Assembly: GCA_049511795.1 (NCBI GenBank)
Contig: JBEKXS010000001.1
Location: 60,001-92,000, forward strand
Source of the DNA: Candidatus Saccharimonadota bacterium
Lineage (GTDB): Archaea > Nanobdellota > Nanobdellia > Pacearchaeales > GW2011-AR1
Reading direction: 5' to 3'
DNA: 32,000 nucleotides
In this document: one piece after another, positions 8,501-16,792 of the stretch
Numbering within the stretch: the first letter of the stretch is position 1
Layout: each line of letters opens with the position of its first letter
Notes under the pieces: model-generated
What the model was told of the DNA's origin: nothing
The model's input: only the letters and a program-made list of their open reading frames with translations
The model's database searches: none
Made by a program: the position numbers and the translations under genes

Positions 8501-9634
8501 ATGAACACAGAACCAGTAAAGGGCTTCAGGGATTTTTCAGGCGAAGAAGCCGAGAAAAGAAGGGCAATAAAAGAAATTATAGTTGACACTTTTGAAAAAT
8601 ATGGTTTCGAGCCTGCTGAAACTCCAATAATAGAACAGGAAGAATTTGTTCGTGGAGAAAACAAAAGCGACGAAGCTGTTTCAGACATATTCAAACTGCA
8701 GGACAAAGGGAAGAGAAATCTTGCATTGAGATATGAACTTACATTCCAGCTGAAAAGATTGATGCAAAACAAAAAACTTCCTTACAAAAGATACCAGATA
8801 GGTGAAGTTTTCAGGGACGAGCCAATATCAAGCAATAGATTCAGGCAGTTTACCCAATGTGATATTGATGTTGTTGGTTCAACTGTTAAGAACGAAGCAG
8901 AAATTCTTGCACTATGCAACGAGATAATGAAAAAAGTTGGAATTGATCCTGTAATTTTAATAAATAATCGCGAATTGTTAAATGAAATACTCGGCGATTT
9001 GGGAATTTCAAAAAATAAAGAGCAGGTTTTGAGAGAAATTGACAAATTTGAAAAAATAGGAGAAAAAGAAGTTATTACTAATTTAAAAAAATTAAATGCA
9101 GATAAAGTAATCAAGGCATTAAAGCAAGGAGAATCCTATTTTAAAAAATTCTCATCCTACAAAGAAATAATTTCTCTTATGGAATACTGCAAACTTTATG
9201 GTGTGAAAGTTCTGTTTTCTCCAACGCTTGTCCGTGGATTAAGCTATTACAACAAAAATGTTTTTGAAATTAAGGCAAAAAATGTCAAGGAAACACTTAT
9301 CGCAGGAGGAAGCTATATGTTTAATGCTGTTCAATCAACAGGAGTTGCCTTCGGTTTGGACAGAATTGCAATTCTTGCCAAAATAAATGTTGAAAAAAAT
9401 AAAATGCTGGTCATTTCTTTGGAACAGGACAGAAAAGCGATAGAACTTGCGCAGAAATTAAGAGAAAAAGGCAAGATGGTCTCTGTTTATTATGGAAAGC
9501 CATCAAAAGCGCTTGATTATGCAAATTCATATGGAATAAATGAAGTTATATTTGTTGGTGAAAGAGAAATAAAGGAAAAAAAGTTCAAAATCAAGAATAT
9601 GAAGACAGGCAAGGAAAGCGTTCTTAAAATTTAA
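8501..9634 (+). CDS. hisS: histidyl-tRNA synthetase (compact, 377 aa)
   Basis: Class II HisRS motifs: PVKGFRDF, LALRYELT, YQIGEVFRDEP...RFRQFTQCDIDVVG, RGLSYYNKNVFE, AGGSY...GVAFGLDRI. C-terminal anticodon-binding-like domain. Confidence 0.9.
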   Translation: MNTEPVKGFRDFSGEEAEKRRAIKEIIVDTFEKYGFEPAETPIIEQEEFVRGENKSDEAVSDIFKLQDKGKRNLALRYELTFQLKRLMQNKKLPYKRYQIGEVFRDEPISSNRFRQFTQCDIDVVGSTVKNEAEILALCNEIMKKVGIDPVILINNRELLNEILGDLGISKNKEQVLREIDKFEKIGEKEVITNLKKLNADKVIKALKQGESYFKKFSSYKEIISLMEYCKLYGVKVLFSPTLVRGLSYYNKNVFEIKAKNVKETLIAGGSYMFNAVQSTGVAFGLDRIAILAKINVEKNKMLVISLEQDRKAIELAQKLREKGKMVSVYYGKPSKALDYANSYGINEVIFVGEREIKEKKFKIKNMKTGKESVLKI

Positions 9635-9660
9635 AAACCTGTTTTTGTTTGTTATATTCT

Positions 9661-10473
9661 ATGGCTGAAAAATCTGGTGATAATATTATTGAAGTAAAAA
9701 ATCTGGTGAAGAAATTCGGCGATTTTATTGCGGTTGCAAATATATCTTTTGAAGTTAAGCATGGCGAGATTTTTGCTTTTCTAGGACCCAATGGAGCAGG
9801 AAAGACAACAACAATAAAGATGCTTACAACACTTCTTGACCCAAATTCAGGAACAATAAGTGTTAATGGATTTAACCCTGAAAAACAAAAAGATGAAACA
9901 AGAAAATCTTTCGGAATAGTTTTCCAGGATCCTAGTTTAGATGATGACTTGACTGCCATGGAAAATATGGAATTTCACGGAATATTTTACGGAGTTCCTG
10001 ACAAAATAAGAAAAGAAAGAATAGAATATCTTCTGAAATTCGTTGGTTTGTGGGAAAGGAAAGATGATTTAGTCAAAAGATTTTCAGGAGGAATGAAAAG
10101 AAGGCTGGAAATCGCACGTGGATTGATACACCACCCTAAAATTTTGTTTCTGGATGAGCCAACTTTAGGACTTGATCCGCAAACCAGAAACCATCTGTGG
10201 GAATATATAAAAAAAATGAATAAAGATGAAGGAATGACTGTTTTTCTTACAACACATTATATGGATGAAGCAGACAGGGTTGCTGACAGAATAGCTGTGA
10301 TAGACCATGGAAAAATAATCAGCAGAGGAACTTCTTCACAATTAAAAAAGGAAACAAAAACAAAGAATTTGGAAGATGCATTCTTGAAGCTTACAGGTCA
10401 TGGAATTAGGGATGAGGATGCCTCTGCTAAAGAACAATTTAAAAGTCATGCAAGGAGATGGAGGGGAAGATGA
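9661..10473 (+). CDS. ABC transporter ATP-binding protein (ABC-2/DrrA-type exporter)
   Basis: Walker A GPNGAGKTT, signature FSGGMKRRLEIA, Walker B ILFLDEPTLGLD, H-loop TTHYMDEA. The track ORF starts at TTG 9649 and the first ATG is at 9661. Confidence 0.9.
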   Translation: MAEKSGDNIIEVKNLVKKFGDFIAVANISFEVKHGEIFAFLGPNGAGKTTTIKMLTTLLDPNSGTISVNGFNPEKQKDETRKSFGIVFQDPSLDDDLTAMENMEFHGIFYGVPDKIRKERIEYLLKFVGLWERKDDLVKRFSGGMKRRLEIARGLIHHPKILFLDEPTLGLDPQTRNHLWEYIKKMNKDEGMTVFLTTHYMDEADRVADRIAVIDHGKIISRGTSSQLKKETKTKNLEDAFLKLTGHGIRDEDASAKEQFKSHARRWRGR

Positions 10474-11216
10474 ACTCACCGGTTTACATAATGTGGCTGA
10501 GGCAGGTAAAGAAATACCTTCGCTCGAAATCAAGAATAATCGGCTCACTTGGACAGCCACTTTTATTTTTATTTGCATTAGGATTTGGCCTTGGGGGTCT
10601 TTACAAGCAAGCTGGAGGCGGAAGTTTCATAGATTTTTTAGTTCCTGGAATTATAGCAATGAGCATTTTATTCACAGCTATGTTTGCAGGGATAGAAGTT
10701 ATCTGGGACAGGCAGTTTGGTTTTTTGAAAGAGACTCTGATTGCGCCTGTTTCAAGATTCAAGATAATGCTTGGAAGAACTTTTGGAGGAGCAACAACTG
10801 CAATTTTCCAGGGAATAATTGTTTTGGTTATTTCAATAATAATAGGATTCAGGCCTGATTTACTGCTTCTTCCTGTTGCATTACTGTTTATGGTTTTAAT
10901 TGGATTGTTTTTCACTTCTCTAGGAACAGCCCTTGCTTCAAAGCTTGAAGACATGCAGGGATTCCAGTTAATAATGAACTTTCTGATAATGCCAATATTC
11001 TTTCTTTCAGGAGCTCTTTTCCCATTAGCAACTGCACCTGAAGCATTGAAAATAGTTTCTTACTTCAATCCACTAACATATGGAGTTGACGGATTGCGCG
11101 GAGCCTTGACAGGTGTTTCACAATTTGGAATTCCTCTTGATTTAGGAGTAGGAATAGTTTTGACTGCAATTGTTCTTTGGATTGGAAGCGAACTGTTTTC
11201 AAAAATTCAGATATAA
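10470..11216 (+). CDS. ABC-2 type transporter permease
   Basis: Six predicted TM segments. The ATG at 10470 overlaps the upstream TGA (ATGA) and has GGAGG 5 nt upstream. An alternative ATG lies at 10458. Confidence 0.8.
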   Translation: MNSPVYIMWLRQVKKYLRSKSRIIGSLGQPLLFLFALGFGLGGLYKQAGGGSFIDFLVPGIIAMSILFTAMFAGIEVIWDRQFGFLKETLIAPVSRFKIMLGRTFGGATTAIFQGIIVLVISIIIGFRPDLLLLPVALLFMVLIGLFFTSLGTALASKLEDMQGFQLIMNFLIMPIFFLSGALFPLATAPEALKIVSYFNPLTYGVDGLRGALTGVSQFGIPLDLGVGIVLTAIVLWIGSELFSKIQI

Positions 11217-11219
11217 AAA

Positions 11220-11840
11220 ATGAAAACGCTTACATTAAAAGAGTGGAAAAAAGATATATCAGACAATAAAGGAAAAATACTTTTGTCTATATTATTTCTT
11301 ATTATAGCTTATCTATTAACAGTTCTTTCTGGAAATTATGTGGACCAAACAAAGGCTGTTTCTGTTCCAGACCTTATTTTGGATCATATTCCGGTTATTA
11401 ATTTAAGTCCTATATTTCTATATGGAATCTGGATTGTGATAATAGTATTTCTCCTTTACCCCATACTTTACAAACCAAAGAAAATTTATTATGCTGTAGG
11501 AATGCTGAGTTTATTTTTATGTATAAGAGCTGGTTTTCTTGTTCTAACGCATTTGAAAGCTCCAGTAGGAGCAATTAGTATTCCTGCTACAGGAATTCTT
11601 GCATTTTTGTCATACAGCAATGATTTGTTTTTCTCTGGTCATACAGGACTTCCATTTTTAGGTTTTCTTATTTTTGACAACAAGAAAATAAAATATTTTA
11701 TGCTTTTTTCATCAATAATTCTTGCCATAACAAGCTTGCTAATGCATGTTCACTATTCAATAGACATCGCAAGTGCTTATTTCATAACTTATGGTATATA
11801 TAAGATTGGAAACAAAATATTTCTTGACTGGAAGATATAA
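11220..11840 (+). CDS. PAP2_C / sphingomyelin-synthase-like integral membrane lipid phosphotransferase
   Basis: Polytopic membrane protein carrying SGHTG and HVHYSIDIASAY (S-G-H-T and H-Y-x-x-D motifs of the PAP2 C2/C3 boxes). It starts 3 nt after the permease stop. Confidence 0.6.
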   Translation: MKTLTLKEWKKDISDNKGKILLSILFLIIAYLLTVLSGNYVDQTKAVSVPDLILDHIPVINLSPIFLYGIWIVIIVFLLYPILYKPKKIYYAVGMLSLFLCIRAGFLVLTHLKAPVGAISIPATGILAFLSYSNDLFFSGHTGLPFLGFLIFDNKKIKYFMLFSSIILAITSLLMHVHYSIDIASAYFITYGIYKIGNKIFLDWKI

Positions 11841-11849
11841 AAACAAAAT

Positions 11850-12098
11850 TCAAACTTTTTTTCGCCAATCTACGTAACGATATCTGCCTGCAACTCTGCC
11901 GTGCCAGAGTTCTATTATTTTTACAAGAACCAAAGTAAGAAATATCATGACAGAAGCAGGAAACATCCATGCAAATAAGTTGTCAATCATGATTGTTGGA
12001 CCTTTTATTAAAAATAAATAAAGACCTGATGCAACTGCAAAAATAAGCGCTGCAATAATTTCTGCATTTATATCCTGATTTAATAATTTATCAAGCAT
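11850..12098 (-). CDS. small membrane protein (2 TM), hypothetical
   Basis: 82-aa ORF with ATG at 12098, two hydrophobic segments and a basic C-terminus. Confidence 0.4.
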   Translation of the reverse strand: MLDKLLNQDINAEIIAALIFAVASGLYLFLIKGPTIMIDNLFAWMFPASVMIFLTLVLVKIIELWHGRVAGRYRYVDWRKKV

Positions 12099-12144
12099 AA
12101 ATGGAAAAAAACAACTCTAGTTTAAAAAATTATCTCAAAATTTC

Positions 12145-12813
12145 TCATGCAACTTCAATTTCCATTCTCCAAGTGTTATTCTCTCCTGTGAAATCAGCGC
12201 CAAGAACCTTCAGTGGGCGCTTAAAAAGAGGGCATTCAAGAACAAAGCTTTCAAATTCCCCGCCTTCACCTGCAACATGAATTTTATACTTCTCATGTAT
12301 TTTTGTCACATCTTCTATAAATTTTTCATCAACAACTCTTCCCAACCAGGATGCATTCAATGGATAAGCTGCCACTCCAATTATTATAACTTTGAATTTG
12401 CTGTTTATTATATCTCTTAAATATTGGAATTCATCCTTATGCCACAATGGATTGACACATGCAATACCAAGATTGTCGCATATTTTCTGGATTCTTGAAG
12501 CCTGATATTGTGAATGTAATGCACCGGTAATTATTCCTTCTATTTTGTATTTCTTTACAGCATTTTTTATTGCATCTTGCAAATCTTTGAGCTCATCTTC
12601 CTTAACTCCCTTTGTTGTTGCAACCATCAAAGGCAATCCCATGACTTCTGCCTGCTTTTCTGTTTTTCCTATTGATGCAGTATGAAACATGTAGCTTTCA
12701 GGATTTTCTGAATGGATTGTTATAAGGCAAGCTATGTCATGGCCTGCTTTCTTAGCGAGATAAGTTGCCATTGTTGAATCTTTTCCGCCTGAGAACAAAA
12801 CTCCAAGTTTCAT
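12145..12813 (-). CDS. dph6: diphthine-ammonia ligase (Dph6 / MJ0570-type PP-loop ATP pyrophosphatase)
   Basis: PP-loop LFSGGKDS at the N-terminus, ..PLWH.., ..AGEGGEFESFVL.. near the C-terminus. Length matches the stand-alone archaeal domain. Confidence 0.8.
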   Translation of the reverse strand: MKLGVLFSGGKDSTMATYLAKKAGHDIACLITIHSENPESYMFHTASIGKTEKQAEVMGLPLMVATTKGVKEDELKDLQDAIKNAVKKYKIEGIITGALHSQYQASRIQKICDNLGIACVNPLWHKDEFQYLRDIINSKFKVIIIGVAAYPLNASWLGRVVDEKFIEDVTKIHEKYKIHVAGEGGEFESFVLECPLFKRPLKVLGADFTGENNTWRMEIEVA

Positions 12814-12934
12814 GAAAATTACAAGATAGTCTGGTTTTTAAGATATTTTGTGTTGGTATATAAGTGTTGTGATAACATTTATATGAAATCTATATAAGAT
12901 TAGAGTATAATTGGATATTCATGTATTTTGCTAG

Positions 12935-13972
12935 CTAATCCTTTTTTCCGTGTGCAATGCTTTCATTAAAGCCGGCAGAACTTATCTCAATAAAATCAGC
13001 TTTTCCTATAAGATTGTTCATCTCTTTTGCTCCAATATAAGTCATTCCAGAAGCAAAACTTCCGAGAAAATCTCTGACTATTGGTTCTATTGGTCCTTTG
13101 CAAGGAACAAGAGTTTTTTCCCCTTCAACACTTATTACTTCTGGCTTTTCTCCATCTAATTCTTTCTTTTTTATAGTCATATCATAACTGGCAGAACCCC
13201 TATAAATCTTGAGCTTTTGTCCATCTTTTTCAATAATTTCTCCAGGAGTTTCATCTGTTCCTGCAAAAATGCTTCCGCACATTACAGTATCTGCACCAGC
13301 ACCAATTGCTTTTACAACATCTGCAGGTCTTCTTATCCCACTATCTGCACAAATAGGTATTTCCCCCTTGATTGCCTCATAAACATCCATTATAGCTGTA
13401 ATTTGGGGTATTCCCGCTCCTGCTTTTAATCTTGTTGTACATAAACTGCCTGCCCCTATTCCAACTTTCACAGCATCTGCGCCTTTACTTAAAAAATATT
13501 CTGCAGCGTCCTTTGTTGCGATATTTCCTGCCATAATATCAACATTTGGATATTTTTCTTTAAGATGTTCAAGCGTTTTTCCTGCATATTTTGAATGCCC
13601 GTGTGCAATATCTATGACAAGAATGTTTACTCCTGCAGAAACTAGCGCCTCTGCACGTTCTTCAACATCTTTCACTCCGATTGCAGCTGCACAGATTAAA
13701 TTCTCTGCCTTGACTTTTCTGACTTCATTTGCTTGCTGCTCTATTGTCATGAACCTATGCAAAACTCCCAAACCCCCTAACTTTCCCAAGGCAATTGCCA
13801 TTCTTGACTCGCAAACAGTATCCATATTTGCAGCAACAAGAGGAATATCTATAGAGTAATTTCTTGTAACTCTTGTCTTGAAAGAAACATCTTTTCGCGA
13901 AAGAATTTTGTTGTATTTTGGAACAATAAGAACATCATCATAAGAATATCCTTTTCCTATTATTCGTGCCAT
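12935..13972 (-). CDS. IMP dehydrogenase/GMP reductase family protein lacking the CBS (Bateman) insert
   Basis: [18 protein letters not shown], catalytic loop [31 protein letters not shown]. At 345 aa it is GMP-reductase-sized. IMPDH versus GMPR cannot be decided by eye. Confidence 0.8.
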   Translation of the reverse strand: MARIIGKGYSYDDVLIVPKYNKILSRKDVSFKTRVTRNYSIDIPLVAANMDTVCESRMAIALGKLGGLGVLHRFMTIEQQANEVRKVKAENLICAAAIGVKDVEERAEALVSAGVNILVIDIAHGHSKYAGKTLEHLKEKYPNVDIMAGNIATKDAAEYFLSKGADAVKVGIGAGSLCTTRLKAGAGIPQITAIMDVYEAIKGEIPICADSGIRRPADVVKAIGAGADTVMCGSIFAGTDETPGEIIEKDGQKLKIYRGSASYDMTIKKKELDGEKPEVISVEGEKTLVPCKGPIEPIVRDFLGSFASGMTYIGAKEMNNLIGKADFIEISSAGFNESIAHGKKD

Positions 13973-14028
13973 ACCATAGGATTACAATTTTTTCCAGTAT
14001 TTATAGGTTGTTATAAAAAATATTATAT

Positions 14029-14943
14029 TTAGTCAGCCATGTCGCCAAGAGGCTTGTCAAACTTTTCATTAATCTCATAAAGCCTTTCTTCTTGCTCTTC
14101 ATCAAGGTTTTCAATTTGCTCTTCAAGCTCTTTTTTTAGCTCTGCATAAGGGTCAGGGTTGTTTTTAAAATAAGTTTCATTCATCCAGATGTCAAAATCA
14201 TTGAACTGGCTCTGTTGTTCCAACCAAACCTTGTTTTGATGGTCAAGATGAAGCAAAGGAGAAAATGAAACAATCCTGTCATCTTTTTTTGTCCCGACAA
14301 AATCAGTGAATGAAATCTTTGTCTTGCTGTTGTCTTTGCTGAAGTAATCAACAAGCTTTTCATAAAGCTCTCGGATTTTGTCTGTTATATTGAATTTTCT
14401 GTGGGGCATGGAAACATCGACTTCCCTGAGCGCGTTCTTGTTCACAATTTCTTTTTTTATTCTTCTGTTTTCTGTTATAATTGCCTTGTTAAGGGAATCC
14501 ATAAGCTCCTGCAAAGTAACTCTTTTGAATCTTGGCATAGGGCTTTTTGGAACAAGCTCTGGAATGAATTCATCAAGCTCAATCCTCTCCATTTCATATT
14601 TTTTCTCCTCTTTTCTCCCAAACAAGATGTCGTCAATTGATTTTATGTATTTGTTGAGAAGAATTTCTGATTTAATTCTCAAAAGAAGAGCTGCTGCAAG
14701 AAGAACTTTGCTTGAAACAAAGAAATCAGCCTCTTCAAGGCTCTTTATCTTGTCAAGATATTTGTCTGTGAGGGTAACTATGTTTATGTTCCATGGGTCA
14801 AGCTGCTCTGTATTGATAAGATCATAAATGATTTCCTGCCAGCCGATTTCCCTGCTGAAAAGCAAGTCGTGAATTTGCTCCTGCTTTACAGAAGGCTGGG
14901 CAGTTTTTTCAACTTCCCCATCTTTTTGCACTCTTTTTTCCAT
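14029..14943 (-). CDS. scpA: segregation and condensation protein A (ScpA kleisin)
   Basis: N-terminal ScpA signature region ..IIYDLINTEQLDPWNINIVTLTDKYLDKIKSLEE..FFVSSKVLLAAALLLRIKSEILL. Winged-helix-like C-terminus and acidic tail. Confidence 0.75.
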   Translation of the reverse strand: MEKRVQKDGEVEKTAQPSVKQEQIHDLLFSREIGWQEIIYDLINTEQLDPWNINIVTLTDKYLDKIKSLEEADFFVSSKVLLAAALLLRIKSEILLNKYIKSIDDILFGRKEEKKYEMERIELDEFIPELVPKSPMPRFKRVTLQELMDSLNKAIITENRRIKKEIVNKNALREVDVSMPHRKFNITDKIRELYEKLVDYFSKDNSKTKISFTDFVGTKKDDRIVSFSPLLHLDHQNKVWLEQQSQFNDFDIWMNETYFKNNPDPYAELKKELEEQIENLDEEQEERLYEINEKFDKPLGDMAD

Positions 14944-14997
14944 GTAATCAATATAATAAACAGGAACTTATAAATTCTATTAAGCTGAAATATAATT

Positions 14998-15127
14998 GTG
15001 TAGTGCCTAACTTAAATATGTTGTAGTACCTACATATAGCTCTGCACGGAAATAGGCTTAGATTTCGTGCAAAGTCACCTACATATATTCAGTGTAGTGC
15101 CTGAAATGTTTATTTGTAGTACCTAAA
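14998..15127 (+). repeat. two ~40-nt imperfect direct repeats, each carrying a GTGTAGTGCCT box and a TGTAGTACCTA box
   Basis: GTGTAGTGCCT at 14998-15008 and 15092-15102. TGTAGTACCTA at 15022-15032 and 15115-15125 (box spacing 24 and 23 nt, unit period 94 nt). ACCTACATATA at 15028-15038 and 15077-15087. A bulged hairpin GCACGGAAAT/ATTTCGTGC (15044-15070) lies between the units. Confidence 0.85.
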
Positions 15128-15201
15128 GAACCCAGATACAGAATTAATTAATTACTACTCTAGGTTAATCAATGGATGTCATTTTTCAAGAGTAACAGAG
15201 A

Positions 15202-15216
15202 CGAAACATTTAAATA
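15202..15216 (+). promoter_or_regulatory. BRE/TATA-like promoter (CGAAAC + TTTAAATA) with no ORF downstream
   Basis: CGAAAC at 15202-15207 is followed by TTTAAATA at 15209-15216. The predicted start near 15240 leads into a GC-richer structured region, not a coding frame. Confidence 0.4.
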
Positions 15217-15237
15217 TGAGCAGGACGTCAGGTTTTT

Positions 15238-15390
15238 ATCACCTCTTTTTCCCCAGGAGACGCTTCAGACCACACTAATTTAAGAGGCCTGAAGCACTCC
15301 CGAGGGTTCATAATCGATTTAGAAAAAATTGATATTGCGGGCTTATTAAGATTCAGTATTTTTATTGATTGCTTGCCCGCGTGATTTTTT
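15238..15390 (+). ncRNA. candidate small structured ncRNA of unknown class (boundaries approximate)
   Basis: Three to four hairpins. 15251-15306: CCCC/GGG, GGAG/CTCC, GCTTCAG/CTGAAGC. 15313-15333: ATCGATT/AATTGAT. 15337-15380: GCGGGC/GCCCGC clamp, copy B of the element at 370-406, followed by T6 at 15385-15390. A separate TATA (TTTTAATA, 15402-15409) serves the next ORF. Confidence 0.35.
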
Positions 15391-15431
15391 ATCACAACAA
15401 AATTTTAATACATTCAATTTAGAAAATAATA

Positions 15432-15710
15432 ATGACAGAAAGCCATTATTCTGAAGCAGAACGCAGAGATTTTAGCAATATAATAGAAGCAACTGAAAAA
15501 TGCTATGCTGCACAAGTAAAACAAGGTTATTGGTGGTATACTAATTGCACAAAAGATGAGCTCGAAAAAGTTAAACAAAAAGTGGTTGCAGATGGTCTCG
15601 AATTTATTGTTGGGAACACTGCTTTTGAGAATTTAATTAAAGGTAAAACGATGAAAGGAAAATGCGCTGTTTTAGTAAGGAAAAAAAGAAGAGAGAGTAG
15701 ATATCCGTAA
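15432..15710 (+). CDS. hypothetical protein (92 aa)
   Basis: ATG-initiated ORF with a TATA-like box ~25 nt upstream and a basic C-terminus. No motif recognised. Confidence 0.45.
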   Translation: MTESHYSEAERRDFSNIIEATEKCYAAQVKQGYWWYTNCTKDELEKVKQKVVADGLEFIVGNTAFENLIKGKTMKGKCAVLVRKKRRESRYP

Positions 15711-15764
15711 ATAACATCTTTCATAACAATTAATCTTTTAAGCTTGGATTTTTTCTTTATATCT

Positions 15765-16085
15765 ATGTCAGACTCTTTAGAAGAAGTTGCCCATTGGAAA
15801 TTGAGAATTAAAGAGGATGCATTGAAGGGGCTAATGATAGGAGTTAGAAACACTGCAAAAGCTTTTCTAGAAGATAAGACTGTAGTTGAAGTTAAAAGAA
15901 TAGATATAGAAGCAGATTCACATAGAATAGACAGTACAATTGATATAGGAATATATGTAAAAAAGAAAGTTGGTGAAGTATATCCTGCTAATCTTGTAGG
16001 AATGATAGCACATGATATAAATAACCGGTTTGGCGCTCTTGTTTATCAAGAATATAGAAGAGAAGATTTTACTTCTTCCCCGTAA
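15765..16085 (+). CDS. hypothetical protein (106 aa)
   Basis: The track ORF begins at TTG 15744 and the first ATG is at 15765 (MSDSLEEVAHWK..). Its 3' end overlaps the convergent rps27ae by 17 nt. Confidence 0.45.
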   Translation: MSDSLEEVAHWKLRIKEDALKGLMIGVRNTAKAFLEDKTVVEVKRIDIEADSHRIDSTIDIGIYVKKKVGEVYPANLVGMIAHDINNRFGALVYQEYRREDFTSSP

Positions 16086-16272
16086 ATTCAGAGTAATGGC
16101 ATTTTCCGCAGTAAGCTCTTCCTTGTGAGATCATAAGGAAAACTCCTGGTCCGCATCTTGGGCAGAAACGCTCACGCTTAACAACATCGCCTTCAATTTT
16201 GTACTTAGTATATTTCTTGCTTGTTGGCTTGTTCTTGTGCGGTTTTTTTCCTTTCTTTTTTTCTTTTGCCAT
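16069..16272 (-). CDS. rps27ae: 30S ribosomal protein S27ae (eS31)
   Basis: Lys-rich N-terminus followed by a zinc ribbon, CPRCGPGVFLM...CGKCHYSEF. Confidence 0.9.
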   Translation of the reverse strand: MAKEKKKGKKPHKNKPTSKKYTKYKIEGDVVKRERFCPRCGPGVFLMISQGRAYCGKCHYSEFTGKK

Positions 16273-16292
16273 TTTTTATTTTTGTTAATTAT

Positions 16293-16586
16293 TTATTTTG
16301 CAGGAGCTGCTTTTTCCTTAACAGCGCCTTCTTTTTTCTTCTTGACTTCAACTATGTTTTTTTCTTTCTCAGAAGTGTAAACATTTGCCTCTATTGTGAA
16401 TGTCTTTTTCCCAAAATTTCCTCTTATATTCTTTATTTTTATATTTTCCACAGGAGAGGAGAACTTTTTTGAAATTACTTCAAGAATCTGGACTCTGCTT
16501 GGGTTTATTTCTGATTCTACAGTGCCCTTGACTTCTTTTCTTCCGAAAAGAGGGTTATTTTTTTCTTCAAGAATTTTAATTTCCAT
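16293..16586 (-). CDS. rps24e: 30S ribosomal protein S24e (eS24)
   Basis: MEIKILEEKNNPLFGRKEV...NPSRVQILEVISKKF...FGKKTFTIEANVY is the typical S24e pattern. Lys-rich tail. Confidence 0.9.
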   Translation of the reverse strand: MEIKILEEKNNPLFGRKEVKGTVESEINPSRVQILEVISKKFSSPVENIKIKNIRGNFGKKTFTIEANVYTSEKEKNIVEVKKKKEGAVKEKAAPAK

Positions 16587-16603
16587 TTTATTTTTATGTT
16601 TGC

Positions 16604-16792
16604 TTATCTTGTCTTAATTGCAAAGTTTCCCTTGTCCTTTATGTTTAGTTTTTTTGCAATCTCTGATTTTTCAGGATTCAATACCTGAATTCTTCCCTTG
16701 AAACCTTCTATTGATTCTTTTGAGCCGCATTTAGGGCATTTTTCTCCTTCATAAATTGAATTGCAAACTCTACATGCTTTTTGTTTAGGCAT
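16604..16792 (-). CDS. spt4: transcription elongation factor Spt4 (RpoE'')
   Basis: CRVC...CPKCGS zinc ribbon, followed by GRIQVLNPEKSEIAKKLNI..GNFAIK. Confidence 0.9.
   Translation of the reverse strand: MPKQKACRVCNSIYEGEKCPKCGSKESIEGFKGRIQVLNPEKSEIAKKLNIKDKGNFAIKTR

Noticed and set aside
8380-8772. 130-aa minus-strand ORF overlapping tRNA-His and the 5' part of hisS
   Set aside because: It is antisense to a well-supported tRNA and to a motif-rich HisRS gene. The composition is low-complexity Ser/Leu/Phe, typical of an antisense shadow ORF in AT-rich DNA.
10400-10858. 152-aa plus-strand ORF overlapping the end of the ABC ATPase gene and the permease gene in another frame
   Set aside because: The permease frame gives clean TM segments and an ATGA-coupled start. 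The alternative frame gives Trp/Arg/Cys-rich nonsense.
14944-15431. CRISPR array, or C/D-box or H/ACA sRNA, as an explanation of the repeats
   Set aside because: There are only two repeat units, with internal sub-boxes and no uniform spacers. No RUGAUGA/CUGA box pairs are present, and no ACA box lies at the right distance from the hairpins. No cas genes are in the window.
14944-15431. Confident call of a replication origin
   Set aside because: No orc1/cdc6 gene is adjacent, the boxes do not resemble known ORB or mini-ORB elements, and skew cannot be computed here. I kept it only as one hypothesis under the repeat finding.
15527-15853. 108-aa minus-strand ORF spanning the junction of the two small plus-strand ORFs
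   Set aside because: It has shadow-ORF composition and would have no promoter-like element. I keep the plus-strand ORFs, though only at moderate confidence.
15432-16085. Possible stop-codon readthrough or a pseudogene: ORFs 15432-15710 and 15744/15765-16085 are in the same frame, separated by a single TAA (15708-15710)
   Set aside because: A same-frame arrangement has a 1-in-3 chance. The 11 stop-free codons after the TAA are not improbable. There is no recognisable domain split across the stop and no readthrough context that I can identify. Check again only if homologs exist as one 218-aa protein.
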